Shown here one piece after another: positions 55,113 through 64,000 of a stretch of DNA of 64,000 nucleotides. Source of the DNA: Cyanophora paradoxa CCMP329 (taxonomy: Eukaryota; Plantae; Glaucophyta); assembly GCA_004431415.1 (NCBI GenBank), contig QPMI01000265.1, positions 1 to 64,000 of the forward strand, given 5' to 3'. The notes under the pieces are model-generated. The model was not told the origin of the DNA. It saw only the letters and a program-made list of their open reading frames with translations, and searched no databases. Made by a program: the position numbers and the translations under genes. The first letter of the stretch is position 1, and each line of letters begins with the position of its first letter.

Positions 55113-57080
55113 AGAAGAAGAAGAGTATGTATAAGACACGCCCAAGCCGGTTGTGCGGTTTTGACGAAAGGCGAAGGACCCGAAGGCCCGAAGCACAATC
55201 GACAGTGAACCAACCAGACAAGGGTAGTGGCGGCGCAGACGGGCGCCTATACAGTTCACCATGTATGCCCCGGCGGTCCGGCGCTCATACACGCAAACCT
55301 GGAAAACAATCGGCGAAATCCCAATGCGGGCCTCTTCCTAATGCCGGCCTGGGGTATTCCCGATCCTGTTTAGAGCTTTAAACCCCAGTCGAGGAGAGAA
55401 ATTGAAGGTCCATGGCATCAGCTTCAGCATCATAGTCAATGAGCACCACAGGAGAACCCGAATCATCACTGAGAACTGAAAGGTCAGCAGGAGAGGAAAG
55501 ATGCAAACGTTTAACGGAAGGAAGAAAAGATGGGTCAATAGTACCGTCTGGGTAACCATAGGCATCCGAACCAGACCGAACTAAACTAGAAGACGAAGAA
55601 GTACGCCGGCGCCGGCGGGATACGATCGCGACCAGCGAAGCAGAAGACGAAGGCAAAGGCGGCAGTCCGGTATCAAGAACAAAGGCCGGAGGGTCCGGCC
55701 CGGCAAACCGCCGGGGGGAAGTAGAAGGAGCCGCAGGCTCGGCAAGCCGGCGACGGGTACGACCACGAGTCCGGGAGGAGATCGGGGAAGCCGGTCCCGG
55801 AGCTGAGGGCCCAGGAGCAGAGCCAGGAGAAGGTAAGCCCGGCGAGAAATCTGACCCGGAGCCGGAACCCAGCGAACGACGACGACGAAGAGGCCCCCGA
55901 GGAGCCACGACGGGGGAGCTACCGAGCAAAGTACTGACAGCCGGCGCCGAACACGGCGGCGGAGGTACCCCGCAGACAGTGGCAGGCGGAGGGTCCAGGG
56001 TCGATCGAGAGATCCGCCGACGGGAACGCGGCGGGGGCCGACGAGACGGAAGAGGCGAGGAGGGGGCCGAGGAAGGGTCGGAGGCAGGGGAAGGGCCGCG
56101 AGCAGGTGACGGGGATCGCTGCCGGCGCCGAAGAGAGGGCAGCGAAGCAGGAGAAAGGTCGGGTGGCGCCGGATCAGATGACACGGAGGTCAGGGCCATG
56201 GGCGGCGCAGAGAGAGACGAGCTCGAGGGCGCAAGGGCCCGACGAGGGCGCCGGCGGCGAATCTCACGAGCGCCAGGAAGCGGGATAGGACCCGCAGATG
56301 GGACCCGAGGCGCCGAAGGGGGAGCAGGGAGCCGGAATGACGGGGAGACCGAAAAGAGGACAGTCTCGCCAACACTCGGAAGCGGGGCAGAGGCCGAGGA
56401 CCCGGAGCTCGAGGGGGGGAGGGAGGGCGGAGGAGGAGAGAGAAGGCGGCTATTCGAAGGGTATGGAGAATCGAGAGCGGAGGCGAGGGAGGCCGAAGTG
56501 ATGGCGAGCTCTGGAGGCGAGGGGGCCTGCAAGCGGATCCGGGAAAGTGGATGCAGACGCAAAGAGACCGGGGACGTAGAGGCGGGAGGGGCATGCAAAA
56601 AGATAGTGCCGCCCAGCGTCACAAGAAGAAGAAGAGTATGTATAAGACACGCCCAAGCCGGCTGTACGGTTATGACGAAAGGCGAAGGACCCGAAGGCCC
56701 GAAGCACAATCGACAGTGAACCAACCAGACAAGGGTAGTGGCGGCGCAGACAGGCGCCTATACAGTTCACCATGTATGCCCCGGCGGTCCGGCGCTCATA
56801 CACGCAAACCTGGAAAACAATCGGCGAAATCCCAATGCGGGCCTCTTCCTAATGCCGGCCTGGGGTATTCCCGATCCTGTTTAGAGCTTTAAACCCCAGT
56901 CGAGGAGAGAAATTAAAGGTCCATGGCATCAGCTTCAGTATCATAGTCAATGAGCACCACAGGAGAACCCGAATCATCACTGAGAACCGAAAGGTCAGCA
57001 GGAGAGGAAAGATGCAAACGTTTAACGGAAGGAAGAAAAGATGGGTCAATAGTACCGTCTGGGTAACCATAGGCATCCGA
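55113..57080 (-). repeat. 457-bp direct repeat pair inside the element (55113-55569 and 56624-57080)
   Basis: Offset 1511 bp, about 7 substitutions by eye. Each copy consists of an ORF C-terminus plus a structured spacer. Confidence 0.95.
55378..56724 (-). CDS. Element ORF-C: Pro/Ser/Arg-rich ~400-448-aa ORF sharing its C-terminal ~55 aa with ORF-B
   Basis: Open frame with no early in-frame ATG. Ends SDAYGYPDGTIDPSF...ADAMDL like ORF-B, but TAA>CAA extends it by 8 aa. Confidence 0.5.
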   Translation of the reverse strand: MVHCRLCFGPSGPSPFVITVQPAWACLIHTLLLLVTLGGTIFLHAPPASTSPVSLRLHPLSRIRLQAPSPPELAITSASLASALDSPYPSNSRLLSPPPPSLPPSSSGSSASAPLPSVGETVLFSVSPSFRLPAPPSAPRVPSAGPIPLPGAREIRRRRPRRALAPSSSSLSAPPMALTSVSSDPAPPDLSPASLPSLRRRQRSPSPARGPSPASDPSSAPSSPLPSRRPPPRSRRRISRSTLDPPPATVCGVPPPPCSAPAVSTLLGSSPVVAPRGPLRRRRSLGSGSGSDFSPGLPSPGSAPGPSAPGPASPISSRTRGRTRRRLAEPAAPSTSPRRFAGPDPPAFVLDTGLPPLPSSSASLVAIVSRRRRRTSSSSSLVRSGSDAYGYPDGTIDPSFLPSVKRLHLSSPADLSVLSDDSGSPVVLIDYDAEADAMDLQFLSSTGV

Positions 57081-58457
57081 GAGGCAAGGAGGAGTGACGG
57101 GGCGATTCTCAACAAGGTTTGCCTCACGGCTCCCCGTTTCCACACGCAGAGGAAAAGCCGGATCCACCAGTACAGGGTCACACTTAAAAGTAAAGTTGTA
57201 CTCGGGGCGTTTAGTTGATGGATCACGGCGGTCATAATAAACAGGGTCATGGTCCACAGCAAAATCAGCCAGTTTCTGAGCAGCCACAGCACAAAGTATA
57301 GTTGGGGTGTTCATTGAAAGGGGTAAGAACATTGTGTGGTCGCCAAGAGTAATGTTGGGGTTCGCAGATGCAAGCTCAATTTTTTGAAAAAGCATGTCTG
57401 TGTCAATCTCTGTTGGGGCCTTGCTGGAGACCAGGACGTTGTTAGGTTGGGTGAACGCATGCTGAATTGAGACAAGGACAGTCTGAATAAACTCATCAGA
57501 CTCCATAGTAGCTGCAGTATAAAAGGAATGGTGCGGTGGGGCCGATGGAGGGAGGCTGATAGAAAGTTCGACCAAGACACGGGGCTCAGGATCAGTGGGC
57601 GCCATTTCTTTGCTGAAAGCTGGTACAGAGCCGGGGAGGCAAGAGGCAGAGTTTGCACGGACAAAATCAGTGACAAAGTCCATGTCAGAGAAAAGCAATT
57701 CACGTTTGCTGAGAGAGTCGCGTTCAACGCGCACAGAGGGGAAAGCGTCCAGGATTTTGTCCAAGGTTCCATGGTGCGCCACGAACGACTGGTAGGCGCC
57801 GTGGTCGGGGCAGTGGAAGTCCAGAGTCATGTCAACAGCATTCTTTTCAGTGTTAGAGCGGGCCTCAATGGTAATTCCAGGAGTGTGACCGTGCACACGG
57901 TTGCCCTTCCAATCGGTTGTGTATATCCGGCGCTGAAAAGGAGGAGTTTGGTAGTGCTGAGTCATAGCTTTGATGCGGGTGAGCATGTGTTTCTGTCGAA
58001 CGGAGCCTTGGACTGCTGACACATCGCGGGCTTCCGTGAAACGAGCGGCACCAGGGTTTAACGGGAAACGAAGACGCATTTGACGAGAGACCCCGTCGGC
58101 ATGGAGCAGTTCCATCTTTGTAAGGTACTTCTGAGCGGCCGGCGCGGCACCAAAGGCGTCCTGCTCACGACGGGCGTCACCACGGTGCCAGAGACCGATA
58201 AAACGAGGCCGTTGATCAGGCTTCTGGAGCTTTTGAGAAGCGTCACGCTGCGCAGCCAGTTTCCATTTTTGTACGTTCGCCATAACGGTCAGAGCTCTAC
58301 GCGCGACGCAAGCGTCAGGAACAGGCATAGAGGTAGGCGCAAAACGTAGTAAACTATGCGTATAGATAGAAGGATCAGCGATTTGTGCCCGAGGGCAGAG
58401 AGTTTGCGCCATACGGCAGAAAGTTTGCGCCCGAAGGCAGGAGAGTCCCAGAATCAC
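56913..58457 (-). CDS. Element ORF-B: ~470-514-aa orphan protein
   Basis: Long intron-free ORF of normal complexity. No YxDD, APE, RLE, CCHC or GIY-YIG motif recognised. Confidence 0.65.
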   Translation of the reverse strand: MILGLSCLRAQTFCRMAQTLCPRAQIADPSIYTHSLLRFAPTSMPVPDACVARRALTVMANVQKWKLAAQRDASQKLQKPDQRPRFIGLWHRGDARREQDAFGAAPAAQKYLTKMELLHADGVSRQMRLRFPLNPGAARFTEARDVSAVQGSVRQKHMLTRIKAMTQHYQTPPFQRRIYTTDWKGNRVHGHTPGITIEARSNTEKNAVDMTLDFHCPDHGAYQSFVAHHGTLDKILDAFPSVRVERDSLSKRELLFSDMDFVTDFVRANSASCLPGSVPAFSKEMAPTDPEPRVLVELSISLPPSAPPHHSFYTAATMESDEFIQTVLVSIQHAFTQPNNVLVSSKAPTEIDTDMLFQKIELASANPNITLGDHTMFLPLSMNTPTILCAVAAQKLADFAVDHDPVYYDRRDPSTKRPEYNFTFKCDPVLVDPAFPLRVETGSREANLVENRPVTPPCLSDAYGYPDGTIDPSFLPSVKRLHLSSPADLSVLSDDSGSPVVLIDYDTEADAMDL

Positions 58458-58963
58458 GCAAAGGGTAAGAAAAGGTGCGTACCACGCTCCGCGCTGCTGC
58501 CGCTGTGCTGCTACGTGCCTCGCCAGGTTCCGGGGGCGTCACAGTTGCAGAAGCGGGGGCAAGAAGGATGGGCTGAAGAGGGGGCTGAACCAGGAGGACG
58601 TCAGAAAGAGGGCCTCGCAGGGGCGGAAGTGGAGGAGCAAGGGGAAGAGGTAAGAAGGGGTATGGAGCTGCAAGATGACCAGGGACCTGCCGGGGAACAG
58701 GCAAGTGATCATGAAGAGGCCCCGTGACAGCAAGTTGTAAGGAGGGAGGAGGCAGAGGCGGGGCCAGAGGGCCAAGGAGCACAGGGATCGGGACCGCAGG
58801 GAATGGGGGGAAAGGAGCGTCGAGAGGGGCAGCGAGAGCAGGAATAGGAATGGGCCCAAGGGTCACTACAGGGGCCAGAGCAGGAGGGGACGGCGCAGGA
58901 GGCGGGCGACCACCAGGGATCCCCAACGGGACATTCCCACGAACGGCAAACTCCGCAGGATTC
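58375..58963 (-). CDS. Element ORF-A: Pro-rich fragment, open to the 5' junction (truncated)
   Basis: Reading frame is open from the TSD. Ends in three imperfect 21-nt repeats (LPSGANF/LPYGANS/LPSGTNR). Confidence 0.45.
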
Positions 58964-60139
58964 AATTTATAAGTTATGTGATTGCAGCATGCATATACTA
59001 GGTCTTCAAGGCTTCGACTCGCCCCCGCCCGCCCCTGCTCGTCTCATATGCATGATCCGATGATCAGGATGTGCGCGCAAGGGGGGTTAAACGTTCTGAA
59101 TTGAAACACGTGAAGCTTAAGACAGCTTCTAGGCCGCCGGCGCCTGACTCTAAAAGCGCCCACCGCGCCTCGCCCCGCGCCGCCCTGCCGCGTTCGAATT
59201 CTAGCCGCGCCCTAGGCCTCGCCCGGCGAGCCGTGCCGCCGCTTGCCGCGCCTCCGCCCCGCCCGGCGAGCCGCACCGCGCGCCGCCCATCGCGAGCTTG
59301 AATTCGAAGATGCCTTGATGCCTTCAAGGCTTCATGATCAACGTTAACGTTGATTGACCTCCCCTCGGGGTCGCGCGCTCCGCGCGCGACCCCTCGGCTC
59401 GGCCCGGATCGGCGACCAAGTCCTTTACTAATTGTTACTTAATGTATAAGTTATGTGATTGCAGCATGCATATACTAGGTCTTCAAGGCTTCGACTCGCC
59501 CCCGCCCGCCCCTGCTCGTCTCATGATCAGGATGTACATGTGCGCGCGCGCAAGGGGGGTTAAACGTTCTGAATTGCAACACGTGAAGCTTAAGACAGCT
59601 TCTAGGCCGCCGGCGCCTGACTCTAAAAGCGCCCACCGCGCCTCGCCCCGCGCCGCCCTGCCGCGTTCGAATTCTAGCCGCGCCCTAGGCCTCGCCCGGC
59701 GAGCCGTGCCGCCGCTTGCCGCGCCTCCGCCCCGCCCGGCGAGCCGCACCGCGCGCCGCCCATCGCGAGCTTGAATTCGAAGATGCCTTGATGCCTTCAT
59801 GATCAACGTTAACGTTGATTGACCTCCCCTCGGGGTCGCGCGCTCCGCGCGCGACCCCTCGGCTCGGCCCGGATCGGCGACCAAGTCCTTTACTAATTGT
59901 TACTTAAGTTATGTGATTGCAGCATGCATATACTAGGTCTTCAAGGCTTCGACTCGCCCCCGCCCGCCCCTGCTCGTCTCATGATCAGGATGTGCGCGCA
60001 AGGGGGGTTAAACGTTCTGAATTGCAACACGTGAAGCTTAAGACAGCTTCTAGGCCGCCGGCGCCTGACTCTAAAAGCGCCCACCGCGCCTCGCCCCGCG
60101 CCGCCCTGCCGCGTTCGAATTCTAGCCGCGCCCTAGGCC

Positions 60140-60735
60140 TCGCCCGGCGAGCCGTGCCGCCGCTTGCCGCGCCTCCGCCCCGCCCGGCGAGCCGTGCCGC
60201 CGCCCGCCGCACCTCCGCCCCGCGCCGAGAGCCGCTTCGCCGCCCGCCGCGCCTCCGCCCGCGCCGAGAGCCGCTTCGCCGCCCGCCGCGCCTCCGCCCC
60301 GCCCGGCGCGCCGCTCCGCCGCCCGTCGCGCCTTCGCCTCGCCCGGTGAGCAGCGCCGCCGACCGCCCCGCCTGCGCCCCGCCCGGCGCGCCACGCCGCC
60401 GCCCGCTGCACATGCGCCCCGCCCGGCGAGCCACGCCGCCGCCCGCCGCGCCTCCGCCCTGCCCGGAGAGCCCGCCGCCCGCCGCGCCTCCGCCCCGCCC
60501 GGCGCGCCGCGCCGCCGCCCGCCGCGCCTCCGCCCCGCCCGGCGCGCCGCTCCGCCGCCCGCCGCGCCTCCGCCCCGCCCGGAGAGCCGCGCCGCCGCCC
60601 GCCGCGCCTCCGCCCCGCCCGGCGAGCCACGCCGCCGCCCGCCGCGCCTCCGCCCCGCCCGGCGCGCCGCTCCGCCGCCCGCCGCGCCTCCGCCCCGCCC
60701 GGCGAGCCGTGCTGCCGCCCGCCGCGCCTCCGCCC
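60140..60735. repeat. GC-rich minisatellite (~30-40-bp unit gccgcccgccgcgcctccgccccgcccggcg..)
   Basis: More than 10 imperfect copies, expanded from a sub-motif of the larger tandem unit. Confidence 0.9.
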
Positions 60736-61528
60736 ACGTACGCGCGCGCGTTCGCGGCTATAGCGTTTTAGTGCTTAACGAGGAGATGCTAATGGTTTCG
60801 ATCTGCGGGGCAGCTCTCCTGAAAGAGCGAAGCCGCGAGGGATGATAACGCTGATAGCCGAGCGTAGTCAGCACGATCACATCGCAAGCGTGCCTACCAT
60901 TCGTTTCACGCCTTTCGCAGCAGATGCGACTTCCTTGGACATGGTTCCCCGGAACCGGAGACCTGCGACAAGACGGCACGCTAATCAGCTCGACCTTTCC
61001 GACAAGCTGCGCTAAGCTCACAAGCCGGACGTACCTGATCACGCATACGACCTCCGAAACAACAGCCCGGCCTTTACACAGCAACGACCACCGACGGCGA
61101 AGCACTGCGACCAGGGTACTTCACAGGTCGACCTGGGGATACACCAACTCTACGTTCCCTCGACTCCAGCACTTGCGCAAGCTTTGGCGCATGCAACGCG
61201 TAGCGCTGCAAACTATGCCCTAGCCCATTCTTAATCTTATGCATTTATAATGATTACCTGGGCGTGACGGCGTCACAAAACACTACCGTGACGGCGAGTC
61301 TGCGCTGACGTATCTTTTCTATTGAGTTCTTCAGAAGCTTGTACCCGTTTTTGTTAGCGAAAAAAATCGACCCCTTCTGAAAAGCGACACAGGTAGAGCT
61401 CACTTCGTTCGCCGCTTCGCGGCTTCTCTGCGTTCGCGACGAGTTTACGACGAAAGTCAGTGCTATACCCAGCTTGCATGCGCTAGCTGGGCTCGCGTGC
61501 CGAATTACGCGCAAGGAATCGACTCACG

Positions 61529-64000
61529 ATGCCGTCCTACTGGTCGCTCGTGTGCGAGAACGGGCGCCAGGTTCGTCCTGCGAACGCGATAGCGGCGCGT
61601 CGCGCGCGGATCTAGCACTCGGTCCAGTGTCTCTAAATGCGTGGAGTAGGTAGCGCACGTATTCGGCGGCCCTCCCCGCTCCCGCCGCGAGTTGCGGTGC
61701 TGGAAGCGCGTTAAAGAAGTAGCGCCCGCCGTGCTGGGCTGCCGGGGCCTCTTGTTGAATTAGCGATTCGAGCGCAGTCGCTCCCACGCCTACAGGCTGC
61801 CGTGCCGGCTTGACCTCCCTACTGTGTGCAGGTGTGGAAGTACATCGAGGCCGGTCAGTATGTCGCGTCCGAAAAGGCCGCAGAGTTCAACCGGAGATGC
61901 AACGAGGCGCGCGACCTCTTCACGAAGAACCGTTTGACGCAGAAGGCGCGCCGTTACCGGCCCGAGCGCCTGGCGTGACGCGGATCCTCGGGCGGGCTGA
62001 CGCGGGTGCAGAACTCGGCGGACCGCATCTACCGGCTGCAGAGAGCGGTGTTCGGGCCAGCGTCGGCGAAGAAGGCGCAGGTCGGGGTGGAGAGTCCGAG
62101 CGGCGCGAAGGCGAAGACGCCCGAGGAGGCTGCGCGGCGCGCGACGAGCTTCTTCTCCGAGCTGCAGGACGACGACGGCCACTGGCCCGCTGGTCCGCCT
62201 CCCCTACCCGCCGCGCGCTGAAACCTGAGCGCCGCCCTCGCAGACTACGGCGGTCCGATGTTCCTCCTCCCGGGTGCGCCCTTGGCGGGGCGGAGGGGGC
62301 GGGGCGGGCGCTGAGGGGTGCGGCGCAGGGCTCGTGTTCACGTGCTACATCTCGAAGACGGAGCTGTCGGCCGCGCAGAAGTCGGAGATGATCCGCTACC
62401 TCACCAACCACCAGAACGCCGACGGCGGCTGGGGGACGTGCGCGCCGCCAGCCGCCCGGCGGGGGCGGGGGGCGACGGGGCGGCAGGCACATCGAGAGCA
62501 AGTCGACGATGTTCGGGTCGACGCTGAACTACGTGGCGCTGCGCGTCCTCGGCGTCCCCAAGGACGACCCCCGCGCCATCGCCGGCCGCAACTTCCTGAA
62601 GTCCCAGGGCGGCGCCGTAGGGGCCCCCTCCTGGGCCAAGTTCTGGGCCCGCCCCGCCCCGCCCCGCGCCCCGGCGCCGCTGACCCGGCCCCAGCTCGCC
62701 GCCATGAACCTCTATGACTGGAACGGGCTCAACCCCATCACCCCGGAGCTCTGGCACGCCGCCCCGCCCCGCCCCGCCCCGCCCCGCCCGCTGACCCCCG
62801 CCAGGCTGCTCCCGTACTGGGCGCCGGTGTGCCCGGGGCGCATGTGGTGCCACTGCCGCGTGGTGTACCTGCCGATGGCGTACGTGTACGGGGCGCGGGC
62901 CGTGCCGCCCCTCGACGAGCTTCTCCTCTCGCTGCGCGAGGCGCCCCGCCCGCCGCCCCGCCGTCGCCGCGACGTGACGCGCGCGCAGGAGATCCACGCG
63001 GAGCCGTACGAGCAGATCCGCTGGAGCTCCCTCCGCGACAACTGCCACCCCAACGACACCTACACGAAGCAGTCCTGGGTCCTGAAGATCACCAACCGTG
63101 CGCCCCGCGCGCCCCCGGGTCCCCCCGCAGGCGGGCGAGGGCCCCCGCAGGGTTGACGGTGCTGTACGAGAAGATCTACATCCCGTGGCTGCGGCGGCGG
63201 GCCCTCAAGTGCTGCATCGACCACATCCAGTCCGAGGACCGCAACACCAAGTACATCTGCATCGGGCCGGTGGGCGGGGCGGGGCGGGGGCGGGGCGGCG
63301 GCGGGGGGCGAGCGGGAGGGCGGGCGCGCAGGTGAACAAGACGATGAACATGCTCTCGATCTTCCACGAGTTCGGGGAGTGCGAGGCGCTGGAGCGGCAC
63401 CGGGAGCGCCTCGCCGACTACCTCTGGCTCGCCGAGGACGGCATGAAGATGCAGGGCTACAACGGCTCCCAGCTCTGGGACTGCGCCTTCGCCGTCCAGG
63501 CCATGATCACCACGGGCCCGCCCCGCCCCGCGCCCCCGCCCCGCCCCCCGGCTGACTTCACCCCGCGCAGGCCTCACCGCCGAGCTCCAGGAGACGCTCG
63601 CCAAGGCGTACATGTACATCGACACTTCGCAGGCGCGGCGCGGCTCGCGCGCTGGCGGGGCGCGGGGCCGGCGGGGGGCGAGCGAAACGCCGGCAGGTGC
63701 GGGAGGACGTGCCGGAGATGGCCAAGTACTACCGCCACATCTCCAACGGGGCCTGGCCCTTCAGCACCATCGACCACGGCTGGCCCATCTCCGACTGCAC
63801 CGCCGAGGGCCTCAAGGCCACCCTCATGCTCCACAAGCTCCCGTGCGCCCCGCAGGCCGCCGCGCGCCGGCCGCGCGCCGCGGCGGGTGAGCCGGCGCAG
63901 GTACATCAAGAAGTCGCGGCGGATCTCGGACGAGCGGCTCTTCGACGCCGTCAACGTCATCCTCTCGCTGCAGAGCGTCGATGGGGGTTGGGCGACCTAC
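61529..64000 (+). CDS. CAS1: Cycloartenol synthase (oxidosqualene cyclase), 3' end outside the window
   Basis: [14 protein letters not shown]|[13 protein letters not shown]|[18 protein letters not shown]|[16 protein letters not shown]|[33 protein letters not shown]. The Tyr/His/Ile equivalent to Arabidopsis CAS1 Y410/H477/I481 indicate cycloartenol rather than lanosterol specificity. Confidence 0.95.

Larger units (their letters stand above)
54514..58963 (-). mobile_element. Retroposed (non-LTR/TPRT-type) insertion, probably 5'-truncated; multi-ORF, no RT or endonuclease visible
   Basis: 12-bp TSD aatttataagtt at 54502-54513 and 58964-58975. T7 run at 54512-54518 is a poly(A) tail on the minus strand. 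The host repeat is restored when the insert is removed. Strong purine/pyrimidine strand skew, and the long ORFs are intron-free. Confidence 0.85.
54355..60194 (+). repeat. Tandem repeat, ~460-480-bp unit (partial unit 54355-54513; units start at 58976, 59453, 59911), split by the 4.45-kb insertion
   Basis: Near-identical units atgtgattgcagcatgc...ggcgaccaagtccttt...ttactt. A 12-bp-stem hairpin is present in the partial unit and the first two units. Confidence 0.92.

Noticed and set aside
56760-56861. HDV-like ribozyme (minus strand starts GGCCGGCAT)
   Set aside because: I could not build the P2/P3/L3/P1.1 nested pseudoknot; only the first 9 nt resemble HDV.
55113-57080. 457-bp direct repeats as LTRs of a nested TRIM/LTR element or a Penelope pseudo-LTR
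   Set aside because: No TG...CA ends, PBS or flanking TSD; ORF-B reads into the repeat; no CUGANGA/GAAA hammerhead core found.
61250-61420. U1 snRNA (ttacctgg)
   Set aside because: No U1-70K or U1A loops and no Sm site; better explained as a minus-strand splice donor.
61529-64000. Lanosterol synthase or a specialised triterpene cyclase
   Set aside because: The diagnostic Tyr/His/Ile residues and the MWCHCR motif match cycloartenol synthase.

Overview
Left end of a eukaryotic chromosome. About 6.9 kb of (CCCTAA)n telomere abuts, with essentially no subtelomere, a compact run of intron-rich housekeeping genes (introns mostly ~45-70 nt). In order: TRM6, a soluble adenylyl cyclase (ADCY10-like), IDI, deoxyhypusine synthase, IFT140, HAUS4, POLA2, squalene synthase, PRP31, a UBR1/PRT6 N-recognin, SRP9, mitochondrial ACP, WDR25, an unknown ORF, MAD1, and cycloartenol synthase (runs off the window). 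The organism is a flagellated, cycloartenol-making protist or alga with TTAGGG telomeres; a glaucophyte such as Cyanophora is my unverified guess. Main observations: (1) a 4.45-kb poly(A)-tailed insertion flanked by a 12-bp target-site duplication (54514-58963), with no recognisable RT but several orphan ORFs separated by a duplicated, highly structured, IRES-like cassette; (2) three isoprenoid/sterol genes (IDI, SQS, CAS) in pathway order from the telomere; (3) very frequent GC-AG introns with non-consensus donors (6 of 13 in CAS); (4) a MITE-like repeat family found at gene 3' ends and at the telomere junction; (5) a pervasive template-switch, palindrome-building mutational signature in non-coding DNA. 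Gene models were read by eye, so boundaries are approximate unless stated.
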